A stretch of DNA of 64,000 bases from a virus, in IMG/VR virus record IMGVR_UViG_3300009509_000015, positions 1 through 64,000 of that record; one strand, given 5' to 3'. The notes below the pieces were generated by a model. That model was not told the origin of the DNA. It saw only the letters and a program-made list of their open reading frames with translations, and searched no databases. A program made the translations under genes and the position numbers. Numbering within the stretch: position 1 is the stretch's first letter; each line of letters begins with the position of its first letter. This document shows positions 45,700 to 56,216 of this stretch, piece after piece.

Positions 45700-47241
45700 T
45701 TAATATACTGAGTGCTTGTAGGAAGGTAAATAATATACCGTCACAGTCGCTCCCATATCCCTAGGAGCCATTCTATCGGCAGGCCCAAAACCATAATCTT
45801 CAAATAAGAAAAATATCTTGCAGTTTAGCCTGTTTGGTTCTAAAAATATAGGAGAAAAGAAAGCATCTACATTATCCTGATAGTAATGGCTAGCTGAGTC
45901 ATCTTCCATATATGCAAAACCTCGCCATCCGTCATCAATAATTTGATCCTGTATAGTATAGTACCCCAAAGGAGTTGAGTGCAAGTCTAAAACTCTGAAC
46001 CCTTTATCTATTGGCATAAAGAATAGTCTATCCAGAGACACTTGCTGTGTTGATCCAGAAGTAGAGGAACCGTGAAGAGTAGCAAGCCATTTACTTTGTT
46101 CTCCTGCCCCCATAATATCTGGCAATCCTTGTAGTGTTGGAGGTAGTATAAACATACCAAGATCAACTATATAAGATGTGTCTGTTCTTGAGTGATAACC
46201 AATAGGAACAACACGCTCACCATAAATAGTTTTACCAACCAAGTTTGAAGTACCTGTTTGAACTTGTGAAAGCCTTAATTGCCAAGCTGTTGACTCTGGA
46301 AATGTAGTACTTCCTGATATTAAGAAGGCTCTAAATATGCCTTCTTTAATAGTTCCTTGTGTTTGATAACATAGTGGTTGAACAGTCTCATTTGCAGGAA
46401 GTGTAACTAATTCTGCTTCACCATCAGAATAGTGTGAGTTTGTCTGACCACTGTGCGTTATGCTACCAAAGTAATTTGTATAAGCATTTGTATCTTCTAA
46501 TTCCCAAATATAGTCAGGAGCACTTATGTATTGTTTTATAGTAGACCCAATAAATACTTTGCCTACTGAACCATATGCACTACCATTATATTTAATCTTT
46601 ATTATTGTAGGTAAAGGCATGTCTCCCTGTAAGTTGCCAAACGAAACATAATGACAATAACTGCTATCCCATGTATTATCTACTTGTATACCAGTAGTAA
46701 TATTATTACCGTGACAATTGCTTAAAGAAACAGACGCTGGAGTACCATCAACAGGAGAGTACTTTGTAATTCTTGGTTTGCATAAAAGTTCTATAGTTAT
46801 GTTCTTTATTTTGTAATAACCATCTACAGCATCCTGCAACACCTGATTAACAGACATAATATCTTTAGGTAGTTTAATTTTTCCATAAAGAACCTCAAAG
46901 TAACTAGGAGTACCTTGGTCAAAAGCAAACTTAAATTCTGTTCTATCTGCTGCTCTACCACCAGCTAAATAATAATCTGTAGCTCGTCTAAGCAAATCTT
47001 CTATGACGGAAATCCTAGTCCATACATTATATCTAGTAGTATCAAGAACAGAAATTATAATTTCTACTTTCCTACCTTCTTGATATACATTTGCTGGAAC
47101 ATCTCCATCAGGCGAAGAAGTCCAGTTTATCTTTTCATCCACTGGATGTATAATAACACCAGCATCTTCAAGATGGTAATAGTTACTACCAATAAAATCT
47201 ATGGTTGTGTTTAATGTACTAATCTCAGCTATATATGCCAT
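45700..47241 (-). CDS. distal tail (Dit-like) protein
   Basis: Directly after tape measure. Confidence 0.6.
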   Translation of the reverse strand: MAYIAEISTLNTTIDFIGSNYYHLEDAGVIIHPVDEKINWTSSPDGDVPANVYQEGRKVEIIISVLDTTRYNVWTRISVIEDLLRRATDYYLAGGRAADRTEFKFAFDQGTPSYFEVLYGKIKLPKDIMSVNQVLQDAVDGYYKIKNITIELLCKPRITKYSPVDGTPASVSLSNCHGNNITTGIQVDNTWDSSYCHYVSFGNLQGDMPLPTIIKIKYNGSAYGSVGKVFIGSTIKQYISAPDYIWELEDTNAYTNYFGSITHSGQTNSHYSDGEAELVTLPANETVQPLCYQTQGTIKEGIFRAFLISGSTTFPESTAWQLRLSQVQTGTSNLVGKTIYGERVVPIGYHSRTDTSYIVDLGMFILPPTLQGLPDIMGAGEQSKWLATLHGSSTSGSTQQVSLDRLFFMPIDKGFRVLDLHSTPLGYYTIQDQIIDDGWRGFAYMEDDSASHYYQDNVDAFFSPIFLEPNRLNCKIFFLFEDYGFGPADRMAPRDMGATVTVYYLPSYKHSVY

Positions 47242-47242
47242 G

Positions 47243-50200
47243 TTATGCTCCTAAATATCGGTATCCTAATGAGGTGTCTTCCTCAATTGCTTTCTTAACT
47301 TCTTCAACTATGGTATTAATATCATCATCATCTCTTACTACAGGGTCATTAATATTTATATTAATAGTCTTTACAGCACTCTCTGGTGCAGCAAAAGGAA
47401 CACCACCATAAGTAACGGCAGGATAATTTTGACGTGCTAAGGCATCAAGTAAAGCTAGTCTATTAGTTCCACCAACAAATGAAATATCATCCATACCAGC
47501 TTTGATACCCATTGCTAAACTTAAAGAAACGTTTTCTCCCATCTCAATAAATATCTTAGATGGAGAATGAAAGTCTAAAGCATCTTTAAGCTTCTTAATA
47601 ATTTTTTTTGCAAGATCAGAAACATAGTCCATAATTCTATTAGCCATAGACTTGATACCGTCTAGCAAGGATTCCATTACACTAGCACCAGCAGCTTTTA
47701 GTTGTCCACCAATACCTTTGACTTTTGCTACCACATTCTGCATTGAAGATTGAACTGTACTTACTATAGCATTTAGTACTGATGTAAATATTACTTTTAT
47801 TGCTGACCAAATCATATTAAAGTACGCTTTGACTTGATTCCATGTTCCAGTTATATTTGATTTAATAGCATTAAACTTAGCTACTAAGAATGAAGCTATA
47901 GCAGTAGCTATACCCATGATAGTAGACTTTATTAAATTCCACACACCAACTACTATAACTTTAGCTGCGTTCCACACAACAGTAAATATAGTTTTAATCC
48001 TATTTAATGCTGATAGAATTGCATTACTAATACCAGATAATGCAGTAGAAATAACTCCTAATATTGCTGACCATACAGCGCCTGCTGCTGCTTGAAGTGC
48101 TCCCCATATAGCAGCCCAAGCTCCAATAAGCATTTGTATCCAACCCATAACCCAAGTTAATATCTGTGTTAGCATAGTTGTAAACCACGACAACATAGCA
48201 TTAAGCATATCTGGAATAATACTACCACCAACAAGAGCTTGGAATAAGTTTATAAAGTACTGTATGATTGTTTCAACAAAGTGAATTACCCAACCAATTA
48301 TAGCTTGGAACATAAAGGTGAAAATGGCAACTATCTTTTCTTTAAGTGAGGTACTAGAGTTTCCTAATACCTCTACCATGACTGTCCACTGTTCGGCTAG
48401 CCACATAATTGTTTCAATAAATGATGTAACTAAACCAACAACTACGTTAATAATACCAATAAGTAATGCAAAACCAGCAGTTAGACTAACTTTAGCCCAT
48501 ACTTTTACAATCTCTCCTATACCAGTAGCGATAAACCCAAAATATTGCCCCAATGTTTCTAGTATTGGTTGTAGTGCACCACCTTCACCACTTATTCTAG
48601 CCCAGGCTTCACTAAGAGAATCAAACGCTGGTTGCAGTGTACCAGTAATTGCCTCTTTTATAGCCTCAAAGTTTTTACCAAAAATTTCTCCCATTGATTG
48701 TATTAATGGTTGAAACTCTTCCCAAGTTGATTTAACACCTTCCCATACACTGCCTAAGAAAGCCCATGCTTCAGCTACACCAGCAGGAACTTCTATTCCT
48801 TCAGTTGAAAATCCAGTAAGTGTGTTTACAGCAGAATCCCATATACCTTTAATGGTTTCCCATGTTCCTTTAACGGTAGTAAAGGCACTATTTATTTGTA
48901 ATCCCCAGTCATATGCTTTAGCAAGTAGTGCTACGTCTTCATCGGCAACACCAAACAATTCTTGGAGATCACCACCTATTTTTTCTCCCCTTATTCCAGC
49001 TAAGAAGGCATCCCATATACCTTCCTTTGATTTTATCTTAGCTTCAAACTCAATAATAGGAGTACCCAATTCATCAAGCATTTCTTGAACATCAGGAAGA
49101 TCACCGAACATTCCTCCAGCCTCAATTTCAGGAAAGCCTCCACCTATATCTCCAATAGCTCCAGCCAGAGCTTTAATAGAATCTATTAGTCTAGCTTGAA
49201 TGTCATCCTGTTCTTGCATAGCCTCGATCATAGCTCTTTGAAGTTCTAGCTGTTCTTCAATTTGGTTCTTTTGTTTCTCTAGTTCTTTTTCTTCGTCAGC
49301 AATTTTCTTTAGTTCTTTATCACGTTCTTTAGCTGCCTGCCTTATTGCTTTAACTCTTTCTGCTGGACTTCCACCACCAGAAGCTATATCATCTATAGTA
49401 TCAGCAAAGTTTTCTTGTGTTTGTGCACGTCTTTCTTCTAATTTAGCTAATTCCTCATTAATCTTCATGTACTCAAGTTCTAACTTAATTAATGTCTTTA
49501 CTTCATCTGCTGCTTCTCCTAAATTTTTAACAACGTCATTAAGTACGTCCTCAGCAATCTTACCCGTATCCCTAAATATAGAAAGAAGTTTAGCTAAATC
49601 TTGGCGTGCCTGTAGCAAATTCTTAAACTGAGCTTTCTCTCCCATCAACTTACTAAGGGATAGGTTCTTAAATATATTTTGAATAACATTTGATACACGC
49701 TTTAATATATCAAAATCTGCCTTCATCATTCCGCTAAAGAAAGTATCAATTAAGGTTTTACCCCACTCATCAATATGAGATAGGGGGCCTACTTTAGGTG
49801 GTGAGTGCCCTTCAAAGAAACTTGCAATTAAGTTGGCAACCCACTGTATAGCAGCAACAATATATCTTATTGCTCCAGCAACAAAACCATTAGCTATGTT
49901 TGCAGCTAGGTTTTCTCCCCAAGCCTTTGCTTTGTTCCCCAACTGCCTAAAATAATCTGCAATATCTACTCCAGCACTTGATATTACTTTAAGCAATAAA
50001 ATAAATCCACCAACAACAGCAGCAACAAGTAGTATAACCCACCCATTAGCAGCAGCTAGTGCACTACCAAGTAAACTTAAACCTTTTATAGTCCAGAAAA
50101 TACCTTGAGCAGCTTTCATAATACCTAGCAAGAACATAGAGAAACCAAAAGTTACCTGTGATACCATAAACAAAACAGGGCCTAATGCGACAGCAAAGGC

Positions 50201-51538
50201 TAACGCAGCAACAATTATAAGTTTAGTTCTATCATCTAGTTGCTTGAAATAGTCAGACAGTTTTCTTATTCCTGGGATCAATAGTTGAATAGCATTGTTA
50301 ACTGCGGGTAATAAACTATTAGCAAATGATAAACCTACATCATTTACATTGTTCTTTAAAATCTGCATTTGAGAACTTGCAGATTCAAGCTGCCTATTGT
50401 ACTCTTCAATTAATGATCCAGCTTCTTCCCACTCCATTCTGGCTTCTTTAATAGCGTCTTTAAGAGTGCTTTCACCACTTGCTAAAGCACCTAGAGCACG
50501 ACCACCACGTATACCAACCAATTCAAATGATTCAGCAAGAGCCTTTGCTCTGTTATCTTCTGCCTCCATCATTGTTATTAAATCACCAAGAACCGATACA
50601 GCATCCTCATTAATAGCATTTAACACATCCTGTTCTGTGGCATACTGTTCTGTATTTGATGCAAGTACAGCAAATTTGTCTGCGTTCTGTGTCATCTTAA
50701 TGTACATAGTACCAAGACGAGTACCAGCAGAGTCAGCAGATACACCAAGAGAGATTAGTGCAGCAGATAAAGCAGCAGCATCAGCAGCGTGTATACCTAA
50801 CTGGTTAGCAACTGGAGCAAATCTAAATAAAGCATCAGCAATTTCACCAGCAGTAGCAGCCGTTCGGTTTTCTAGAATGTTCATTACGTTAGCTAATCTA
50901 GCTACTTGATCTACACTTTCGTTAATGTTCCAACCAAATGCAGCAGAAATCTTACCCATTGTATTAACGACTTCATCACCAGAAATGTTGGTAGATGTTG
51001 CCATTATTTCCATCCAACGAATAAATTCAATAATTCCCTTTGGGTCTCTAACGCCTAACTGTCCTGCTTGTTCAGCCATAGCAAGTAAGTCTGCTGTAGC
51101 GGTAGGCGCACTAAGAGAAATGTCTCTAATTGCTTGCCCAAGGTCGTCAAGTTGTTTACCTGATATTTCGGTAGTCTTTCCTACCCTGATCAAGCCATCC
51201 TGAAAGCCCATAACATTTGTGCTGGCTTGTCTTAAAAATCCTAGTAATGGAATAGTTACAAAGAATGTCATTGCCCTACCAGCACTCATCATACCTTGAG
51301 TCATTAAACGGAAACCGTCAACAAGACCTCGTACACCCATCCCAAGGGTTTTAATAACATTCATAAAACCAGACCAACTACTAGCTGAGCTAGTAGCAGC
51401 AGTTTTATTTGCTTTTCCCATACCCTTTACGGTTGTATTAAGTTTGTTGACGGTATCATTAAGACTATTTACTGCGCTAAGCGCTTTAGAGGCATCTCCA
51501 CCAAATATTAATACCGCATTTAATTGTTTATTTGCCAC
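47243..51538 (-). CDS. tail tape measure protein (TP901-type)
   Basis: MAEQAGQLG...AGTRL; Trp-periodic amphipathic repeats; FHSPSK. Confidence 0.93.
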   Translation of the reverse strand: MANKQLNAVLIFGGDASKALSAVNSLNDTVNKLNTTVKGMGKANKTAATSSASSWSGFMNVIKTLGMGVRGLVDGFRLMTQGMMSAGRAMTFFVTIPLLGFLRQASTNVMGFQDGLIRVGKTTEISGKQLDDLGQAIRDISLSAPTATADLLAMAEQAGQLGVRDPKGIIEFIRWMEIMATSTNISGDEVVNTMGKISAAFGWNINESVDQVARLANVMNILENRTAATAGEIADALFRFAPVANQLGIHAADAAALSAALISLGVSADSAGTRLGTMYIKMTQNADKFAVLASNTEQYATEQDVLNAINEDAVSVLGDLITMMEAEDNRAKALAESFELVGIRGGRALGALASGESTLKDAIKEARMEWEEAGSLIEEYNRQLESASSQMQILKNNVNDVGLSFANSLLPAVNNAIQLLIPGIRKLSDYFKQLDDRTKLIIVAALAFAVALGPVLFMVSQVTFGFSMFLLGIMKAAQGIFWTIKGLSLLGSALAAANGWVILLVAAVVGGFILLLKVISSAGVDIADYFRQLGNKAKAWGENLAANIANGFVAGAIRYIVAAIQWVANLIASFFEGHSPPKVGPLSHIDEWGKTLIDTFFSGMMKADFDILKRVSNVIQNIFKNLSLSKLMGEKAQFKNLLQARQDLAKLLSIFRDTGKIAEDVLNDVVKNLGEAADEVKTLIKLELEYMKINEELAKLEERRAQTQENFADTIDDIASGGGSPAERVKAIRQAAKERDKELKKIADEEKELEKQKNQIEEQLELQRAMIEAMQEQDDIQARLIDSIKALAGAIGDIGGGFPEIEAGGMFGDLPDVQEMLDELGTPIIEFEAKIKSKEGIWDAFLAGIRGEKIGGDLQELFGVADEDVALLAKAYDWGLQINSAFTTVKGTWETIKGIWDSAVNTLTGFSTEGIEVPAGVAEAWAFLGSVWEGVKSTWEEFQPLIQSMGEIFGKNFEAIKEAITGTLQPAFDSLSEAWARISGEGGALQPILETLGQYFGFIATGIGEIVKVWAKVSLTAGFALLIGIINVVVGLVTSFIETIMWLAEQWTVMVEVLGNSSTSLKEKIVAIFTFMFQAIIGWVIHFVETIIQYFINLFQALVGGSIIPDMLNAMLSWFTTMLTQILTWVMGWIQMLIGAWAAIWGALQAAAGAVWSAILGVISTALSGISNAILSALNRIKTIFTVVWNAAKVIVVGVWNLIKSTIMGIATAIASFLVAKFNAIKSNITGTWNQVKAYFNMIWSAIKVIFTSVLNAIVSTVQSSMQNVVAKVKGIGGQLKAAGASVMESLLDGIKSMANRIMDYVSDLAKKIIKKLKDALDFHSPSKIFIEMGENVSLSLAMGIKAGMDDISFVGGTNRLALLDALARQNYPAVTYGGVPFAAPESAVKTINININDPVVRDDDDINTIVEEVKKAIEEDTSLGYRYLGA

Positions 51539-51549
51539 AGTTAACTCCG

Positions 51550-51972
51550 TTATCCTTTACCAGCTATTTTAGCACCCTTAAACAAAGGATTTAGTGCACT
51601 GTCTCCAGAGTCTATTTGAACAACAACCTCTCCAGGCTTTAACCCACGAGCTTTTGCTGCTTCTATTCTAGACTGCATAGTACTCTTCCAAGGAGTTAGA
51701 CTGTCCAACGCTTTATGAACACTCTCTGAATAACGCTTTAAGGAGTCAGCTTCTTTCTTTGACATAGGACTCCTATGTAACGGGGCTAACATAGCTAGTG
51801 TTTTATACTCCCGTTGTTCACCTTCCATAACAAACTTGTAGGTTTCCAACAACCACTCAGCACCCCATAATTCAACTTGGTCTAGTATTTGTTCGTCAGT
51901 CCATCCGTATGCTCTACGAATTTCGTGCAGAATAGCACCGTGCTTTTCTCTTAGTTTTGAGTGGAGAAAAAA
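51550..51972 (-). CDS. tail assembly chaperone GT extension (-1 frameshift)
   Basis: Overlapping -1 frame lacking its own good start; T TTT TTC at 51972-51966. Confidence 0.75.
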   Translation of the reverse strand, partial: FFLHSKLREKHGAILHEIRRAYGWTDEQILDQVELWGAEWLLETYKFVMEGEQREYKTLAMLAPLHRSPMSKKEADSLKRYSESVHKALDSLTPWKSTMQSRIEAAKARGLKPGEVVVQIDSGDSALNPLFKGAKIAGKG

Positions 51973-52316
51973 CGGTTTACTAAGTTCCTTAGTCCAGGCT
52001 GTTCTTCCCAAATAATTAAAATGGAATCAACCAGTATACCAATGTCGAACTCTTGTTCTGCAACTCTTTTTGAACAGCCTATTACTAAAACAAAAAGTTG
52101 TATTAAGGCATCAGTAGAAAGATTATTTAAGACTGCCTTAAACAACTCAGTATTAGTTGTATCGTCATCCCCACCAGATAGTTCTTCAAAGATAGGAAGA
52201 CCGTAAGTTGCTAACCACTTTGATAAGTTAGTTACTTGCTCAGCTTGTGCTAAACCTTTCTTAATAAGCTCATACTCTTTATCACCAACAACTACAATAT
52301 GCTTTTGTTCAGACAT
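51951..52316 (-). CDS. tail assembly chaperone G
   Basis: Between major tail and tape measure; AGGAG RBS before MSEQK. Confidence 0.75.
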   Translation of the reverse strand: MSEQKHIVVVGDKEYELIKKGLAQAEQVTNLSKWLATYGLPIFEELSGGDDDTTNTELFKAVLNNLSTDALIQLFVLVIGCSKRVAEQEFDIGILVDSILIIWEEQPGLRNLVNRFFSTQN

Positions 52317-52344
52317 TTTTCTCACTCCTAAAGTATATAAATAT

Positions 52345-52375
52345 GCCAAGACAGCCTAGTGGACAGTCTTGGCTT
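52345..52375 (-). terminator. hairpin terminator after major tail gene
   Basis: GCCAAGAC...GTCTTGGC. Confidence 0.55.
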
Positions 52376-52408
52376 TTAGTATTATTTATCTGTATTAATC
52401 AAGCACTA

Positions 52409-52828
52409 TTATGGAGCAGTTCTTGATAGAGCACCGTTGCCTTCGAAGTCAACAGATAGTGTTGCGAAGTCGTCGGTAGTAGTGCCATGATCAACAGATG
52501 TTAAAACTGCTTGACCTTCCCAATAACGAGTCAAATCATTTCGTGTGTCATAGAAGCGAAGCAAAAGAATTTCACCTGCAACAACTGAATCAAAGATATA
52601 GTCATTGGCTGTGTCAAGGTAGCCTGATAATGATCCAGACCAACTCATCCATGTTCTTGCCTTCTCTACCCAAGCATCTGAAATGCTGGCTACGAAAGGC
52701 TTATGCTCTGCAACATCAACACTAACATTGATCGAAAACTCGTTACGTTCCGTGAACGCTGTCCATGAAGGTGTTAGCAAATCCGTAGAATAATCTACTC
52801 GTGCGTCAATTCCAACTATTGCACTCAT
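52409..52828 (-). CDS. major tail tube protein
   Basis: SWSGSLSGYLD...YWEGQAVLTS...SVDFEGNGAL. Confidence 0.85.
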   Translation of the reverse strand: MSAIVGIDARVDYSTDLLTPSWTAFTERNEFSINVSVDVAEHKPFVASISDAWVEKARTWMSWSGSLSGYLDTANDYIFDSVVAGEILLLRFYDTRNDLTRYWEGQAVLTSVDHGTTTDDFATLSVDFEGNGALSRTAP

Positions 52829-52940
52829 TTTAAGTTCCTCCTAAATATGTATATGCACCTCCTGTATCTCACACTCGTAGGAGAAGTCTCATCTTTTCTA
52901 AATCTCTCTTAATTCTACAATTGACTTGTACAATGTTTTG

Positions 52941-53402
52941 CTAAATTTTCTCCCAAAACTCCATAGTAGCAGTGAAAGACATGAAAGGAAAATCATTTAT
53001 TAGCACCTCTTCTGGAGGCCCATCAATGTTTTGTATTTCTGCAAACACTACCGTATCACCAAGTCTTGGATCATCATCCAGCAAACCTTTAACAACATCG
53101 GCAAACTCTCTAATATCTGTTTCTATTTGAACAGAGTCTCCCAGGTACTTTACAAAAAATATAAAACCTAAACGCCATTTCCAAATTCTTCCTTTACCGC
53201 CAGCACTTCCGAACGGCTCTTCTGGAGGCCTAGCACCACCACCAAATACATAGAGAACCCCATTCTTCTCACCATCTGGAGGCCCTATTACCCTTATTAA
53301 ACTATCTATGTCATTAGTGCAAGCTTCCTCTTTAAATTCAAGAGCAGTGTTTGCAACAAACTTCTCAGTTATTTTAGCCTCAACGTCTTCATATAAACTC
53401 AT
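52941..53402 (-). CDS. tail terminator/completion protein
   Basis: Synteny; LLDDDPRLG. Confidence 0.6.
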   Translation of the reverse strand: MSLYEDVEAKITEKFVANTALEFKEEACTNDIDSLIRVIGPPDGEKNGVLYVFGGGARPPEEPFGSAGGKGRIWKWRLGFIFFVKYLGDSVQIETDIREFADVVKGLLDDDPRLGDTVVFAEIQNIDGPPEEVLINDFPFMSFTATMEFWEKI

Positions 53403-53411
53403 TAATAACTC

Positions 53412-54140
53412 CTAGAATGTTCTGTTTGCTTTACCCATAACTGTACTTGCAACAACTTTACTACCCTTACCATGTTTACCAGTACGTAAGTAAGCAACAA
53501 ATGAGGGCCATCTTGTTAACCCTAGATCATATGTTACTTCTTTGGCAGCTTCCTTTAACATACCACGCTGCTGTACCATATACGCAACATAATCAAATCT
53601 TTTCTGCCCCTTTGGATACAGTCTCTTGTGATCCACAGATGTACCTTTTCTAGCTATTCCTCCAGAAATTCTCCAAGCAAGTTCTTCAACAGGATTAGCT
53701 GCACGGTTCATACTAGTTCCTGTTTGCACTATAGTTTGTATAGCGTTACCAAATCTCGATAAGCCTTTTTGATAAATCCATGCTTTAATAGTTTGTACTG
53801 GTGGTCTTTTCTGTTTCTTTCCACCAAGCCTCATAATAGCATTGGCATTAGTTACATCGCCTTCATATATAGCATATGAAGCATCTGACAGTGAACCAAC
53901 ACCTTTAACTTTTGCAACAAATAAGTTTCTTGATGATTTTCCAGAAGCAGCTACTTGCGACCAGCCCGACCAGCTAAGTTCCTCAGTCAACTTCCTATGT
54001 GAATAAGCAGCCATAAGAGCAACAGCAGGAGATACCAGCGTGTTGTTCATTGCCTCCGAGAAATCCCACTGACCTACCATAGTCTTCATTCCAGAAACAT
54101 CCAACTTTACATCTAACTCTACATTTGAAAAACTTGGCAT
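53412..54140 (-). CDS. neck / HK97 gp10-like protein
   Basis: RPPVQTIKAWI..KG...IARKGT. Confidence 0.6.
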   Translation of the reverse strand: MPSFSNVELDVKLDVSGMKTMVGQWDFSEAMNNTLVSPAVALMAAYSHRKLTEELSWSGWSQVAASGKSSRNLFVAKVKGVGSLSDASYAIYEGDVTNANAIMRLGGKKQKRPPVQTIKAWIYQKGLSRFGNAIQTIVQTGTSMNRAANPVEELAWRISGGIARKGTSVDHKRLYPKGQKRFDYVAYMVQQRGMLKEAAKEVTYDLGLTRWPSFVAYLRTGKHGKGSKVVASTVMGKANRTF

Positions 54141-54715
54141 TATAATCTAACCCTTACTTTTTCTCTGCGTAGGAAACCCTTCATAATAGCTCTAAGGTGC
54201 GTAACAAGACCAACGTTTATATTAGGGCTTACCTGCCCCTCTTCTGGAACTGCACTAGCAAACTTTACAGATGAGTCTGATCCCAACCTACCACGATAGT
54301 TAATTATGGCTATGATCATAGCGATAGCAGCAAACCTAACATTAGGATCATCGCTAGTTCCTGGCGTACCAGAAACATAAGTAATCTTTACGTTAGCTCT
54401 ACCCTCTTTAATTGTACGTGATATAAGCTGGATTGAATGAGTGTAAACAATGTAGTCTGCTGAAGTTAGTAGAGCACCATCAACAGTAACACTAGTTACT
54501 GAACTGATAGGGGGTTTCTTAACTGTAATAATATCTGTTCCTTCCACGCCATTGTGATACTCATCTGTTACAGTTGTTGCAATTCCTAGATAAGGAGTGC
54601 CTTTATATGTTCTGATAAGCCCCTCAACAAGTTCACTCCATGTATCATCAAGATTAGCTTCATCTATCGGATACAGTGACGTTACATCTTCTTTTGTACA
54701 TAGTGTCCAAGCCAT
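54140..54715 (-). CDS. head-tail connector protein
   Basis: LCTKEDV...PISSVTSV...KITYVSG. Confidence 0.75.
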   Translation of the reverse strand: MAWTLCTKEDVTSLYPIDEANLDDTWSELVEGLIRTYKGTPYLGIATTVTDEYHNGVEGTDIITVKKPPISSVTSVTVDGALLTSADYIVYTHSIQLISRTIKEGRANVKITYVSGTPGTSDDPNVRFAAIAMIIAIINYRGRLGSDSSVKFASAVPEEGQVSPNINVGLVTHLRAIMKGFLRREKVRVRL

Positions 54716-54780
54716 AGTACACTCCGTTTTGTCTAAGTTTATACTACTAACTACAATCGCATACTATGTTAAAAGATAAA

Positions 54781-54809
54781 GAAGCCCCATCCCAAAGAGA
54801 CAGGGCTTC
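54781..54809 (-). terminator. terminator after major capsid gene
   Basis: GAAGCCC...GGGCTTC followed by U-rich tract on the minus strand. Confidence 0.65.
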
Positions 54810-54841
54810 CATTCTATTCTTATGCGGGTTCAAATTTACGC

Positions 54842-56179
54842 TTATGCTAACTTAGCGTGGCGAACAAGAGCAAACAAGTTAGGATGTACGAAACGTGATG
54901 CAAGGTAACCTTTCATCATATAGTCGTAAGTATCCTTCACACGAGCAAGTTCGACAAAGCGGAACAATTGATCCTGTGGTCGCCCCATATCGTCAACCAA
55001 GCCAAGGATAGCTGCACCCCTGGTGCTGTTGCGGTTTACTAAGAAAATGTTCTGCTCACCAGTGCTCAAAGGCTTAATGGCAACAGGAGTTCTTGCGCCA
55101 GTATCCTTATAAGTTGCTACAGTACCATTTACAGTACCTTCAGCATTGTAGGTTAAAGCAGGAATAATGTCTAGTAACTGCAAGTTAGCATTACCAGTTG
55201 CTAGTCCTCTCCAGATCATGTAGAGAACGGCATTAGCGTCAGCAGTCCAAGAAAGATCAATAGCATCAGAACCACCAGTTACGGCTACGTTAGCTTCTGT
55301 TCCAGCGATTTCCTCGCCATATACAGACACAGAAGAAATGTTGTAGTAGTACGTATCGGCAGCTAGAGCACCATTACCACTATCTTCAACAGCAGCCAAG
55401 TCAGCAGGACTTGTGCCTACACCAGAAGGTGCAACATAGTCAGACTCCAACATAGGAATGTCGTCATATGCGTTCATGCGAATCTTACCATCAGCAAGAT
55501 CAATGCTAGTGATAGGAATTTGGACAGCAGACTGCAAGCCATCAACAACTTGGCGCATACGTGTGCTCATAACCCACATCTTTGGGTCGTTGCGAACGCC
55601 ACGAAATGCAGCAGCTTTAGCAATAGCTTCGTCTAGATCACCAAGAGCAATCTTGTTTCCACCAGCGTCAATAACATTACCAACAGCGTTGTTCAACAGA
55701 GTTGGGAACAAACCACTGTATTGGTATGCGTCGCCTGTGAATCCCTGATCTGTAGCAGCGCCCCATAGGAAGCCGTACTCAAGGATATTAGCCATACCCT
55801 CAACAGAGCCTTCTAGTTCGGTAGCAAACGCATCAATGAAAGCAGCGTCAACAGCCTGTGCAAATCCAGTTACAGAACCCCAAATCCTTTGGATTTTGGT
55901 CTGTACGGTCTTGCGTGCGTACACGCTGTTCTTAGCGTTAGCAGGAGTTGTTTCACCTTCGAACCAAGCCTGTGGGTGGCTAGAACGTACATTATACTCG
56001 TGGGTCTTTCCACCAGCAGGCTTAATATCAATAAGCTCTGCAAGCGGTTGCAGCTTCAAAAGTTCCTCGTGTAGCATAGGGTCTAGATCATAAGGATTAA
56101 GAGCAGCCCCATCGCCAGCAGAGGTTAAGGCCTTCTGAAGTTGTGTTTCAACGTTTTTCTTAACGTTAATTTCGGCCAT
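54842..56179 (-). CDS. major capsid protein (HK97 fold) with inserted Ig/Fn3-like domain
   Basis: After protease; AWFEGET, GSVTGFAQ; insertion YYYNISSVSVYGE...LSWTADANA. Confidence 0.88.
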   Translation of the reverse strand: MAEINVKKNVETQLQKALTSAGDGAALNPYDLDPMLHEELLKLQPLAELIDIKPAGGKTHEYNVRSSHPQAWFEGETTPANAKNSVYARKTVQTKIQRIWGSVTGFAQAVDAAFIDAFATELEGSVEGMANILEYGFLWGAATDQGFTGDAYQYSGLFPTLLNNAVGNVIDAGGNKIALGDLDEAIAKAAAFRGVRNDPKMWVMSTRMRQVVDGLQSAVQIPITSIDLADGKIRMNAYDDIPMLESDYVAPSGVGTSPADLAAVEDSGNGALAADTYYYNISSVSVYGEEIAGTEANVAVTGGSDAIDLSWTADANAVLYMIWRGLATGNANLQLLDIIPALTYNAEGTVNGTVATYKDTGARTPVAIKPLSTGEQNIFLVNRNSTRGAAILGLVDDMGRPQDQLFRFVELARVKDTYDYMMKGYLASRFVHPNLFALVRHAKLA

Positions 56180-56216
56180 AATAACACCTCGTTATTTAAA
56201 TTTTTAGTTTAGTTTA

